64,000 bases of DNA from Octopus sinensis (lineage: Eukaryota). The stretch spans positions 14,632,001 through 14,696,000 of the forward strand of contig NC_043009.1 of NCBI RefSeq assembly GCF_006345805.1, written 5' to 3'. The notes beneath the pieces are model-generated. The model searched no databases and was not told the DNA's origin. It saw nothing but the letters and a program-made list of their open reading frames with translations. Below are positions 1 through 13,160 of this stretch, in pieces. Numbering within the stretch: position 1 is the first letter of the stretch; the number at the start of each line of letters is the position of its first letter. The position numbers and the translations under genes are program-made.

Positions 1-194
1 TACATTAATGAACTGCCCTTCCTGATAGATACAAATGAGCAAATACAGCTCTCGTGAATCCCTTCATTGCTTTGATATGTCTGTGTTGACACAAATAGAG
101 AATTGGCGAAATTATATAAATTAAGAATCATTTACAAACATTGCCAAGAAATGTACTTTCGAAGATGTATGTAAATATGCATGTATGATCCTTT

Positions 195-471
195 GTGTGT
201 AAGTATGTAGCCATGTATAGCTATAAGAATATAAGTGTGTATAGAAGCTGGTATGTATGTTTGCATATATGTATGCACGTATCTATATCACGGTACGTAT
301 GTACAGTATGTAAGTATGTATGGTATGTATGTATATATATATATATATACATATATAGGTATATGTGTATATATATGTATATATACATATTTCAGTAAAT
401 GTATATGTATATATATATATATATATCAGTAAATGTATGTATATATATTTATATATATATATATATATCTA

Positions 472-547
<76 letters not shown>

Positions 548-550
548 TAT
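195..550. repeat. (TATG)n/(TA)n microsatellite tract
   Basis: Directly visible simple repeats; they account for the YI-rich ORFs at 195-644. Confidence 0.95.
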
Positions 551-627
551 AGTACAAATTTATTTACAGAAAGCAAAAGACGAAGATAGGTGTAGGAAAA
601 ACAAGCTAATGCTCGGGAAAAATGGAA

Positions 628-1446
628 GGATCTTTTCGGTTTGAATGGCAGTTTTTAACTATAATTTCTAGGCGCAGGAGTGGCTGTGTGGTAAAGTAGC
701 TTGCTAACCAACCACATGGTTCCGGGTTCAGTCCCACTGCGTGGCATCTTGGGCAAGTGTCTTCTGCTATAGCCCCGACCAATGCCTTGTGAGTGGATTT
801 GGTAGACGGAAACTGAAAGAAGTCTGTCGTATATATGTATATATATATATGTATGTGTGTGTGTTTGTGTGTCTGTGTTTGTCCCCCTAGCATTGCTTGA
901 CAACCGATGCTGGTGTGTTTATGCCCCCGTCACTTAGCGGTTCGGCAAAAGAGTCCGATAAAATAAGTACTGGGCTTCCGAAGAATAAGTCCCGGGGTCG
1001 ATGTGCTCGACTAAAGGTGATCCTCCAGCATGGCCGCAGTCAAATGACTGAAACAAGTAAAAGAGAAAGAGAGAATGAGTAACTAAACACATTTAAACTT
1101 CGTATACTGGTAGAATGTGTTTATAAAAGATCTTTTTCTCTTGGCTTTATTGAGAAAATTCTATAGTTTGTAAGATATTTGTGGTTTTTTCTTCAATTTC
1201 TGCAATTTCAACCAATCAATGACGTCTATTGAGGTGAAAACATTCTGTGCCGTATGAAAATGCCCCTCGTTTAAGAAACAGATTGGGTTTATTTATATTT
1301 GTGAAGAAAAAAGATACCCTTCCCCCCAGCACTAACCCTAACCCTAAAAGAGATTGAAATGTAATAGATCGATTCTAGGGTCATAATTATGGGTGACAAT
1401 TTCATATGACACCGCTAGAAAAACTGTCGTTCAAACCGAAAAATCC
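628..1446. mobile_element. MITE-like non-autonomous element with ~28-bp terminal inverted repeats, interrupted by a SINE
   Basis: Left end 628-656 ggatcttttcggtttgaatggcagttttt versus reverse complement of 1419-1446 ggatttttcggtttgaacgacagttttt (1 indel, 2 mismatches). No coding capacity. Internal ctaaccctaaccctaa at 1332-1347. Confidence 0.65.
671..1070 (+). mobile_element. tRNA-derived SINE, family A (full length, internal TA/TG microsatellite)
   Basis: tRNA-like head with A-box-like tggctgtgtgg and B-box-like ggttcagtccc. Body and tail (…cagcatggccgcagtcaaatgactgaaacaagtaaaaga) recur at 1855-2193, 33664-33786 and 40205-40640. Confidence 0.85.
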
Positions 1447-1854
1447 AAACCGAAACTTCGTTTACGTTTCGAACTTATGCTCTTCGACAGTAAAGTTTAA
1501 GAAGAAAAAAAATCGGAGAGAGAAAACATAGGCAGAGTTAAACCGCCCAATATGGCGATATGAGTAAAATAAACACAGAGTTTGAATGAAAGGGAGATAA
1601 TAACAATAATAATAACATTAAAGGTAATGGTTAGTCCAACGTACAATGTTGCGCAAATGTGTGTGTGTGTGTGTACGTGAGAATGATGTGGGTGAGTGTG
1701 TATGTTAGAACGATGTGTGTGAGTGTGTATGTGTGAATAGGGGGCCTGAGTTGCGTGTAGCAGTTGACGTGTGCTTGTTCAGGTGACGTGTGCACGTGTA
1801 TATGTGTGTGTACGTGTGTTTCTGTGAACAAATAATGTGCGTGTGTATTGTGTA

Positions 1855-2193
1855 TACTCTTTACTCTTTTACATGTTTCAATCATGTGACTGTGGCCATG
1901 CTGGAGCACCGCCTTTAGTCGAGGAAACCGACCCCAGGACTTATTCTTTGTATGCCTAGTACTTATTCTATCGGTCTGTTTTGCCGAACCGCTAAGTGAC
2001 GCGGACGTAAACACACCAGCATCGGTTGTCAAGTGATGTTGGGGGGACACAGACACACAAACATATACACCCACACATATAAATACATATACCTATATAC
2101 AGCGGTATTCTTTCAGTTTACGACTACCTAATCCACTCACAAGGCTTTGGTCGGCCCCAGGCTATAGTAGAAGACACTTGCCCAAGATGTCAC
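1855..2193 (-). mobile_element. SINE family A, 5'-truncated
   Basis: Reverse-complement homology to 671-1070 over tail, body and part of the head. Confidence 0.85.
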
Positions 2194-4808
2194 GGAAGGC
2201 ATTGAGGGTAGGGTAGAGTGGTCGTAGGTAAAGGAAATGGGAGACAGGTAAGGATGGGGCAGGTGTAAGAAGAAATAATTTCAATTGGTAATTGGATGCA
2301 TCTTTTTTCGATTTTTGCCATAGAATATACAATTTCTTTTTCATATGAATTTGTACATGTAGCTTTGTAAGGAACCAGAACTAAAACATTCGAGACATAA
2401 AAAATGGAATTAGCTACATATGGTCCATGGTAATGAGAAGGAAATATTTGGCTGAGCCACCTCAAGGTTAGCTTCGTCCACTAACTGGTTTTAGTAAAGA
2501 TTTGTGATTAGTCTCCCCATTAATATTTGAATGGCTTTAGAAGACTTCTGAAAATGAAATTTGCTGGTCAATCGGTGTAATAACAAAATTACATTATAAA
2601 CTAATGCTATTAATGCTTGTTTTAATTCCAAGCTCGATATCCCTTCAAAGACTATTTATCGATCAAATTTCAATTTCCTCGTTTCTAGTCTGCAAAAGGG
2701 CATTTCATAGAGACTGATCATGAATAAAGACGTGCAACCCGATTACAAAGATTCCATTAGTTGAAACAATACATTTTTATAGAATTGATATTTTTAAAAC
2801 AAGTACAATTCATTATAAAATATTTATACCAAACTTCGTTCGGCAAGGCTTGGCGCACCATTGTAATTATTAACAGGAAATGTACATGTCGAATCTACAT
2901 TTACTTGTAGTGTTGATGATGTGTAACGAACTAAAAATCTTTTGAGCTTCCAGTGCGTTGAGTTCGACACCTGGTGTCAGAAGTTAACCTTTGCTAAACC
3001 AAAATATTGTTCAAATTCCATTTACTTTGGTTTATATTGGATGACATTACTAACAGTAGAAAATAGCAGCAACCATGTAAAATAAAATAGTTATTAGAAG
3101 ACGAATGGCACAAGGAAAGCATTATCAAAGCATCGTTTACTCTTAATTTTAATATCACTTATGATAAAATGAGATCTTGAAAAAAGGCAAAAAAGTAGTT
3201 AAATTGCCCATTTTCGACTTCGAAATTAGATTACATGCTTGATGGGGAGATAGCAGGGCATCTAATCGAGATAATTTAGTCGAATATATACCTTTCATTG
3301 TCAAAGGTTGAATTTCTTCCTCGTCATAAGAAATAGATATTCCGATTGAAATAATAGCCAAACTATTTTCCTCGATAATCTTAAACAAGGCAGAAATGTG
3401 ATAATCTTAACAATACAAGTATGTCGTGATGCCCAACGTTAATATAAAGTAGATACAGTTATTGAGGTAAAAACATGTTTATACTTCACAAAGAACCTTG
3501 GATGCTCAGCCATTAGATATAACGTCTATTCATGTTGAGATTTAATGAATGATTCTATAATTTATAATTGATCGATTATATTAAATTTCGATTTTCACTT
3601 TAAAATCTATCATAGAAAAGGACGGACGTACACAAAGAGACGTAAGTGCTTTGTGCGTGTGCGAATATGTGTGTTTATATGTGTCTGCGTGTGTGGTCGT
3701 GTGTATCAGCACGTGAGCTATGTACATACGTGCGGTTGTTGAACAGGCAAATGGTGTGTGTTTGTATGTATTGGTAATAAAAAAATAGTAACCTATTTTG
3801 AAAATCAGATTACTGGAAGATTCCTTTCCTTTTAAATTCTATACAATTAATAGCGTTCTATTATTTGATTATCTTTGATACTTCTTCTGAGCCTGCAGCA
3901 ATTCCGAAGATAGAACATCTTTTAAGTAATGTATTATTACTACGTAAACTTCACGTGCTATAATGTTTTCCTCTGGGTTCATACCTAAAATTTTCAACCG
4001 AACCTGTCAAGAGTAAATATACAGGGCTGTAATCTGAAACCACAACTACATCTTCAGTAATACGCCCCCGTGCGCAAACACTCACACACACACACAGTGG
4101 TATATACACAATGTTTATATAATAAGAGCAAGTGTGATTGAATTAATTATTTCGCAGTGTACGTAAGTCTTGATGGTAGAGAATTTGTGTATACAATTTC
4201 TTCTGAAAATAAATAATTAAACGAATGCAAGAATAATTCGCAGACATTATTTAAATATCAAGAAAGGCCAGGAAAACATTAAGATACATTGTATACATAA
4301 GGAGGCTAGAGACACTTACGTTGTACATATCAGCGTCAGCGGGGTAATTCGACTGATAGTTTGTACTTTTAAGTTTAACATAGACTTTAATAGTTATTGT
4401 GAGATATATAGCACTAAACCTTATCGCATATTAATAGTAATGTTAGCAACTATACTGCTAATAGTTTGGAAGTCACCGTCAGAATATGGTCATCGATTTT
4501 ATTACCGTATCTAAAGTGAACAAAATAGCTATACTATAGTGTGCTGTAATCAATTTATTATTAGCAGTGCTAAATGCAAGCCCGTGAATAACATGACACT
4601 GATCAATTCTGTCATTGCACAAAGCAACTTGCTTACTGTATCTGTATCTTATACGACACCACTTTCTACTATTGAAACAAACAATGACCCATATGCTGAA
4701 ATGTAATAGGAAACAATGTAGTATATCGTTGTAATGATTTGACCATAGGGAACAAATATTACTTACAATTTACTTCGAGTTATTTCAAATATGCATGATT
4801 TCTTAAAC

Positions 4809-6018
4809 TATCAGGCTGATTAAAAAGTAAGCAATGTTTTGAAACATGCAATTCATCACAATATATTTCAACAATGCAGAAATTTTATTCTTCAAAGTAA
4901 GTACCATTACAATCAACACATTTTTGCTAACAAGTTTGTTTATTCCAGTAGCATAAAAATCTGGTAAGCTAGGGTTTTAAGGCTGACGAACTCTTTGAAG
5001 TCATTCTCAGCATCGGCTTGATTTTGGAACTCCTTCTCTCGCAGAAGACCATGAAGGTGCTTTAAAAAGTGGTATTCGGTAGGAGAAAGTTCTGGGGAAT
5101 ATGCTGGGTGGGGAAAAACTTCGTAGTCAAGTTCCCTCAACTTCTGGAGCATCGTGTGGTCGAGCATTGCCATGAAGAATAATTGACCGTCTGCTGTTGA
5201 AGAGTCTGGGACGGATGAGTAGCAGTTTTTCGTTCAGTTTGGCAATTTCCTGGCAATACGTGTCTGCAGTAATGGTTTTTCCGGGTTTTAAGTAGTTATA
5301 GTGGATGAGTCAAGCAGTACCCCCATAACCTTCACTTTGAAGAGCTCGTATTTAGGGAAAGTTTTCGGTGCTTCATTTTGGTCCAACCACTGCGAAGGAC
5401 GTTTATTATTATTCTGCAGAATCCACCTTTCATCGCAAGTTACAATACGGTCGAGTAATGGATCGGTCTGATTACGGAGAAAATGCGACGAGCAAATTTC
5501 ATATTTGCATATTTTATTACTTTCATTCAAATCGTGTGGTACCCATTTGTCGAACTTTTTTGATTTCCCAATCGCAATGCAAATGGTAGCAGGCAGATTT
5601 CTGGCTAACTTGAATTGGCTAGTTCGCGAGTGGGTTTACGTGGATCTTTCTCAATGACGGTCTTTAATTGACCGTCATCTTCAAGGCTCAGGTCTCCACT
5701 GCGAAATCGTTTACACCATTTTCGAGCTCACCACTCACCAAAGATTTCGTTGATATCACGAGCAGTTTCAACTGCTTTACGTCTTTTTTGAAGTTGAATA
5801 GCAAAATTGCTCGAATATCGCGCTTTGACAGTTCTATTTAAGATGATTGTAACAACGGTGAAAAATATCAATATCAATGTTAATTTATTGATGCAGTTTT
5901 ATGTCTGTATTATCAGACAATTGCAAAAAACAAAAAAAAAATAATTCAAAGCTGTGCAAAAATCCGGTACAAATTCTTCATGTTTCAAAACGTTGCTTAC
6001 TTTTTATTCAAACTGATA
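4809..6018 (-). mobile_element. Full-length decayed mariner (DD34D) transposon with both TIRs
   Basis: 40-bp TIRs starting with TA at 4809 and ending with TA at 6018, 4 mismatches. Frameshifted transposase pieces: RKWCKRFRSGDLSLED, DRIVTCDERWI, ILHGNARPH, HPAYSPELSPTEYHFLKHL. Confidence 0.92.
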
Positions 6019-6483
6019 TTACATTATGAATTCGAAAATACTGGGTAAATATGGATGGAATCAAATTTTAGCGCCATAGTTTTTTAAATATTAAATGTCA
6101 TCCTATTAACTCGGCAATACCACGTGAAGGATGTGAATATCAGTTGTGGACCCGTTGAGTTTTCCAAATTTTACTAGGGAACAAAATTTATTAAAGACAT
6201 CAAATATGAAGAATTAGACAACAACAATTGAAAGCACGAAATTATGATGATATGTAAATATTATGAGTGTAAGATTAGAAGTAATGATTAATAATTTCAG
6301 TTTTATTTCCTCTACAAAACATTTATCTTTTAAAATCCATGACTATGTATCCAGCAAATGGTTATATAATAATTACTTTTGACACTATCATAACCCTTAA
6401 ATAGTTTAATGCTCTAGAAATGTTTGTTTATTCCCGTGCATCCAAGAAATAATAACAACGATAAAAACAATAGTAATAGGCAT

Positions 6484-6830
6484 AGACACTTCGTTAAAGT
6501 TCCATGGAAGTCTTCCAAAGTGATGGTGCCCGGAATCCTTGTCGGGGCTGCCTTTATCTTCTCATTATCTTCAGAACGACTGCTGTGGAGGTTCTCCTTC
6601 AGCTTGAACAATCTGAAGTCATAGAAAGCAAAGTCTAGACTTTAGAGAGAACTTTGATGTCCGTCTCTACCAAATATTTGGCTACTTAGATGGGATTGTA
6701 GACTGATGCATTGTCTTAATGCACGTCCCACCGATCCGAGTTAAAGAGCTCTAGCCCTTTGCGATTGCGTGTCTTATCGAACTTCTTCAAAACATTCGCA
6801 ATATCCTCTTTGTTGACCCTCTCACCGGCG
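6484..6830 (-). mobile_element. Mariner transposase C-terminal fragment (second family)
   Basis: Minus strand reads GERVNKEDIANVLKKF…WDVH*DNAS…LDFAFYDFRLFKLKENLHSSRSEDNEKIKAA…EDFHG, matching the mariner LHHDNA / SPDLAPCDF.LFPKLKE region. Confidence 0.75.
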
Positions 6831-7271
6831 AAAACTCATTTACAAATATAATTATCTACAATATTCTTTTAGTTCTCACTGCATGTGTTCCAGTGTTAAT
6901 ATTATAAAGAATTTTCTTAGAGATTATAATCGGAGTGTTATCGAGATTTTTAACACAATGCTGCAAATTTCAATACTACGCGTTACTAAATATAAACTAT
7001 GACAATATTTAAAACAAACTGGACAAGCTTTAAACAATGTAATGAAAACTGTTTAGATTCATCTCAAGATAATTTCTATATTTCGTTCAAGATGCATTGT
7101 CGTCTTATACTACAGATACTCCAATTAGATAGTATTTCATTCCCGGTGGGGCTTGACACTATGCAGCCTTTACAGTATATGATATAGTATGATTTAGATT
7201 ATGGCTGCTTTATCTTTCACTGATATCGACGTTTTAAGTTTATCAGCTTCTCATTCTCAGAAACTATGACC

Positions 7272-7470
7272 AGGAATTGGTAGAATCGTTAGCACGCCGG
7301 ACAAATTGCTTGGGGGCATTTTTCCTGAATGCAAATTCCACCAATGTCGATTTTTTCTTTTTATACCTGAGGTTCGATAAGATAAGGGCTAGTTGAGCAT
7401 TGGGTTCGTAGAAATCAACTAGCTCCCATCCCCAAAATGTAGGGTCTTATGCCTATTACAGAAAGAATTA
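7272..7470 (+). mobile_element. tRNA-derived SINE, family B, degenerate, followed by (CAT)n
   Basis: Similar to copies at 28257, 49967 and 63854 (tggcagaatcgttagcacgccgg…aaattcc…gcctat.gtagaaag.atta). (CAT)n follows to ~7542. Confidence 0.6.
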
Positions 7471-7501
7471 TCATCATCATCATCATCATTGTCGCCATCA
7501 C

Positions 7502-7542
<41 letters not shown>

Positions 7543-10500
7543 GAGTAGTGAATGAAAAGAATTGTTAGAAAGTCAGAAAAAATGTAAAATGTTTTGACGC
7601 TTGTTTCGACTCTTTACATTCTGATTCTCAAATGGCTCCAAATTAAACTTTGTCTTAAGGTGGTATTTTAGCCTTAAGTACTGACATCAATGGTGTCTAA
7701 TTTAGATATACTTCTTATTTGTAATTTTTTAGCATTTTCATGTGTTTCTAGTACACCACCATTTGTACCTCAGTCTTCTGGATATTTGCAACATTGTGTT
7801 GTATGAATGCGATTGTATGTTATTCCAGCTTTACTTTGTTATAGACATTTTCTTCGTTTCTGGTGTAAACTTAAAACGTCCTTTGTTGTGTGCAGAATAT
7901 GTGTTGTGCAAATTGTTATTGCGTTTCAGGTTGGCATTGTGACTTGCTTTTAAACAGAAAATATCTTTCGACTCACGTCAACTGTTCGAAATAGGTATTC
8001 GTTCTAACATTGTTTTGTGCGTTGCAATCGTTTCTCCTTTTGTTCAAATAAGTTTTGTACGATACTTCATGATGTTAATTGATATTATTTTCAACTCCAA
8101 ATTCAACCACCTTCATTTACCTTTGGAGTTTCCCCGAGGAATTTGTCCGGAGAGAAAGATTCAGAACGTTCACAAAAGTCCGAAGATTGTCATCGTTGTC
8201 CTTGATAAGGAAAATAGAACTGTTGCGTCTTGAAGTCCAGAATAGCTGGACTTTATTCAGTTTATTGTCACTAAACTGTAGTATTTACCATATTTAGCAT
8301 GTACTTACGAAGTTCCGTATCTCTCTTCAGGTGGAATATTAGTTTATTTGCCAATAGTCACAACTGGGAAATGCATCAGATTTTGTTCTATATTCCTTCC
8401 AAGCATACCTGAATTCCTTGCTCATTGGTGTGTTAGCCGTTGTTATATATGTTTTTGTTTCTATGTCTAGTAAAGACTTTTGCCTTTCATTAAATATCTT
8501 CATTTCATGGAAGAAGAACTCAAGTGTTTTCTAATTACTTTAAGATATGAGCTTTCTGTCACTTACGACCATTCCTGTATTTAGTGATGCAAATACTAGT
8601 ATCCACTAGACCCTGTTACAATACTGTTTTATCTTCTGTTATATACATGCAGGTTTGAAATTTCAGCGTGATCATTTCTGTCATCCGGCCTTCCTGTTTA
8701 TGAAATAAGTAGCAGTTAAAAATTAGGATTGATTGCTATGCCACACTTCAAAAACATGTGGCTTTGTGTCACTTTAGTTGTCATTATATCAGTTCTCTTG
8801 ATGTAAGTTAATACCAATATTCTAGTTAAGTTGTTGACGGACTGTGCTGACAATATTTAGTATAGATTACTGACATAAGTAACGACGATACGCAGTAGGC
8901 CATGGGAAACAAAAATATTTCATGTTTCATACGTTGACGACGTGATCTACGTGTTGCTCTAAATAATTTGACAATGATTTCCACATTTAGCCTCGTTGAA
9001 ATAATTTTGGGTAGTTTACGTATGTAAATCCATACGTCTGTGGTTTTGATTCAATCCATTTCATTTTTTTACTGTTGAAGTCGATATTCGGCCTTGAAAT
9101 CTTAAACTAGTTATTGGGAAGGAAAACAGCTATTTTTGAACTGAATTTGTACTGTTCATATTTAAGAAAGTAAAGTCTTGAACTCATTCGGCTTGAACGA
9201 AAGACTGAAATCGAATCACAGAACTAATCAAAAATTTTACTCGGTCTTTACTTAAAGGAATAGACAGTAAATAACGAGATATAAATTAGTCAACAATTAT
9301 TAAAAGTTTGTCCACGTACTACTAAAGAACATATTACAGTTGTGAAAGAAGGACGTATACATCTAAACACGAATTTTCATTCATAAATTTGATGCTAAAC
9401 TGAATGAGGGATGTATTTAACTATCGATTACCTCGTCCCCTTCAAATATCGTACATCATTTGTATTCCCCTTATAAAACCTATATGTTCACTATAGAAAA
9501 TCTATTCCTGAAGCGTTCTTGTAATTACTCACTAAATTGGGTTTGGTTCTTTCTTCCAACTGGCATTATTTTTCAAAAAGAATAAAGAGATTGCATGTAT
9601 TCGTAATTATTTTTCACATTTCCCGTATCTCATTTACAAAAGTGAAAGCTTTTGTGTTACGATAATTTGTATCCATGAAGTAAAATAAATATCTAAGTAC
9701 ATTTGACAGTAAGTCGCAATATAAGAATCTCAAAAACTACCTTCCGTGTAAAGTTAAACAGCATTAATCTGGCATTGAATAAAACCATTTCTTCACACGC
9801 ATGAATAAATTTGACGTGCAATCAATAAAATAACAGTTTAGAATTTCTGAGAGGGTGAATCTTTCAGCAAACTGGATCAGCAGAAAACGCTGAAGATGTA
9901 ATGTTCATGTGGTATATGTAGCGCGATGTAGTCGAGCGGTGCCAGTCAACTCGTAATTTATATTCTCAAGAGGAACTGAACACAAATCAAAACAAAGAGA
10001 ACGTTAATTAATTACAGACCTCAAGTTAATTGCAGTAGTGTATCGTGTTATTAACCATAAGTGGATAACACATTGAAAAGAATTAGCTACCGACATAATG
10101 CAGCCTTTATAAGGGTATCCTAAGACTCATAATTCTAAATGATTAACAAGCGCAGGTACGAAACATGATAGAGAATTTCATGCACCATACGAAAAAAGAA
10201 ATGTTGGATTAAAATTTTTGTGTAATACCGAAATCCATGAACAAGTGACATTAGTATTATCATTAATATGCAACAATATATGCTTCATATATTGTTGAAT
10301 AATTAATTGCAATACTAATGTCACTTGTTCATGGATTTCGCCATTACACAAAAATTTCAAACCAACTTTTCGAGAAAATGTTTACATAAATAAAGGTCCG
10401 ATGTTTCTACTAACCGTATGTTACAAATGCAGATAACAGGAAAGGCACATGCACGTCTTCCCTTTCCTTTTCCTATTTGCATTCATGCATATTCACACGT

Positions 10501-10569
10501 ACATAAATCGTTCATGTATTAGTTCTTCAGAAATTACAAAACACGCGATGGTTAGAAACAGGAATGTGC

Positions 10570-10624
10570 GTATATATACATACGTATGTACATATATATA
10601 TACATACAAACATACATACATATA

Positions 10625-10681
<57 letters not shown>

Positions 10682-10754
10682 GATCTATATATATATATAC
10701 ATATACATATACATATATATACATATATATACATACATTTATATATATATACAA

Positions 10755-10789
<35 letters not shown>

Positions 10790-10835
10790 CAAACATACAT
10801 ACATATAATATACATAAAAAATATATATCTATAAA

Positions 10836-10910
<75 letters not shown>
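10570..10910. repeat. (TA)n/(TACA)n/(CA)n compound microsatellite
   Basis: Directly visible. Confidence 0.95.
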
Positions 10911-11752
10911 CATATTACGACACATATTCAGATTCTGTGGTATATTGTATATCCTACGCAGATTCCCACGCTGCAAAGACAACAATGCTTATTGACACAA
11001 CCCTGCATGATCCACATTTCTTTTCCACCAGCCACGAATGACATTCACGAACAAAGCGATAGGCGCCGTCATCACAATTGGTTGCTGCAAAAAAAAAAGA
11101 CAACATAGAAAGGCTTTATGTTTGTACAGAGAGAGAAAAAAAGAGAAATGAGGAGGAGAGAGCGAGGAAAAGAGGACGAAATGCCGCAAACCCAAAATAC
11201 AGTGATGTCGACACTAAACACAACATGCTCAAAAGAATATAGAATAAGATGATATGAGATGATATCAAAAATATTCCAAAACCCTGGTAATAAACAAACT
11301 CGCATATAATCTGAGACGGTGGTAGAAATCGACGGTGAGAAGACGAAGCAGAAATGAACAATGAATACACATTGGACAGCGAAATATGCAGATAGGAAAA
11401 GGAAACAACAAAGAGAAGCAAATAAAAATATTAAATCATACGACAAACAGAAATATGCATTAAAAGACAATAGCCGTAAAGGAACAACAGACAAGAACAG
11501 CTTATACATCCTTCAACAGATACAAAGAACATCGGAATGTTTCTGGATTATTTTTCAGATTTCTGCACAACTGCCTGAGTAAAGACTAAGAGTATGTTAG
11601 CAGCTGCAAGTGTTGTTCTACGACAGCATGTTGCTTGATCCGATTATCTCAGTGAAGCAAATGGATTTCAGATCTGATCTGATACCTTTCACACACAATA
11701 CTCAGCTTAGCAGCCGATTTGAATAATTATTTTGTTGCGGTTATGTCGTTTT

Positions 11753-11804
<52 letters not shown>

Positions 11805-11830
11805 GCTACTGCTACTGCTACTGTTGCTGC
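11753..11830. repeat. (CTA)n grading into (CTG)n trinucleotide repeat
   Basis: Directly visible; source of the polyL/polyY ORFs. Confidence 0.95.
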
Positions 11831-12009
11831 TTCTGTCGTGGCTGTTGTTGCAAATTTTTGGTATATTGGCAAAAGTTATTCCCTGTTCAGTTAAAATCAT
11901 GTTTATGCAACCGCATGTGTGTTTCTGTATGTTATCTTCTTTTGTTTTTTAATTAGCTAGTTTCTTCCTCTGAGACAAAGCTCCACCGATGGAATGTAGA
12001 TAACAACCA

Positions 12010-13160
12010 ACGATGTCACATTTTAAACTTGCTTTGTGATCTGCGGGTAAATTGGTTGATTTCTTTTTCTGATAAACCTAGTTTATCCAGATTGTCACCT
12101 ACGCACAGAAACAAGAGAACCAATTATTATTGGTCTTATTATGAATTTATAATCTGCATTCAGAAGCTGGAGGTTTCGAATCACTTGTCCAGAGTTAACC
12201 CTTTCTCTTTGATTTTCAAAGAGATATTCACATCAGCAGGACTGCTGGCTCCTATGACGTTACATACATTTTCTTGCCTGCCCCAAATAACAATATCTGA
12301 CCTGTTTACACGTGGCAGATGTTTTATTGGGAGGAGTGTTTCATCAGTATTCCTTGTGTTTGTGTTTGTGTATGTATTTTTCACTGTATCTTTGGTTTGT
12401 TATACATTTGTGTTGCAATCTCTTGTTCTTGGAATGTAAATGCTTGGCCTTTGATGTAACGTGATGGTCAGACGTCGAAGAGAAGCTGCGCTTCAAGTCG
12501 ATATTTCTGACTTCTTCAACTCTTCAAGGAACATACACATGCATAGTCCTCTTTTGGTATGCTGGGTGTTTATACCCGTGTTTTGTGTGTGTATGAGACG
12601 TGATCAGAAAGAAAGTACTTCCCGAGGAGCTTGCTGCCGATACGTATATTATTCTCTTTTCTGTTCAGCATTAAGTAAGTGCTTTTAAATTTTCGGCTGC
12701 TGTTTAGCGTGTACTCTCTGAGAGAGACTATCTGACATCCGAAGTCTGTCATCACCGATAACAAGACTCTACTTAATTTATCTCTTCTTAGGTAGAACAT
12801 ATAGCTACTACTATTTCTCTAGTGATTTCCATTTGATGTCAATATATTACAGGTTTTAACGTCTATGGAGTGGAGTACCTCTTCAGACCTGTCAAATATC
12901 CCAAACGTTGGAATTAGCACGGGTACTGAAAAGTATTGTGAGATATTGTCTTGATGTGAGAGGAGATTCCCGACTACTAATTTTCTCTAATTCTTGCATA
13001 ATATTATCGGCTTACCTTATCTTTATTCCCAGTGCCTTCGCATGTTTTCCTCCACGGGTATTTGTAGCAGTCTTTGTGTGGGACAGGAGAAATAGTGGGG
13101 TCATTGATACACAAGTCTTGGGTTTGGGGGACTAAATTTCCAGGTTCCAATATTAAACAT
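12010..13160 (-). mobile_element. RLE-type non-LTR retrotransposon (R4/Dong-like) remnant: RT thumb region to endonuclease
   Basis: Minus-strand pieces: DCYKYP, FSVPVLIPTFG, FYLRRDK…FGCQIVSLREY, NRSDIVIWGRQENVCNVIGASSPADVNISLKIKEK (PD..D/E-type RLE), IRNLQLLNADYKF. Homologous to 26085-28040 and 54020-55390. Confidence 0.82.

Noticed and set aside
3155-3388. 77-aa minus-strand ORF
   Set aside because: No domain similarity I can recognise; the length is within chance expectation.
7900-8600. ORF-like, moderately complex sequence (ORFs 8015-8233 and 8079-8297)
   Set aside because: No recognisable protein motif in any frame and no consistent splice-site pair.
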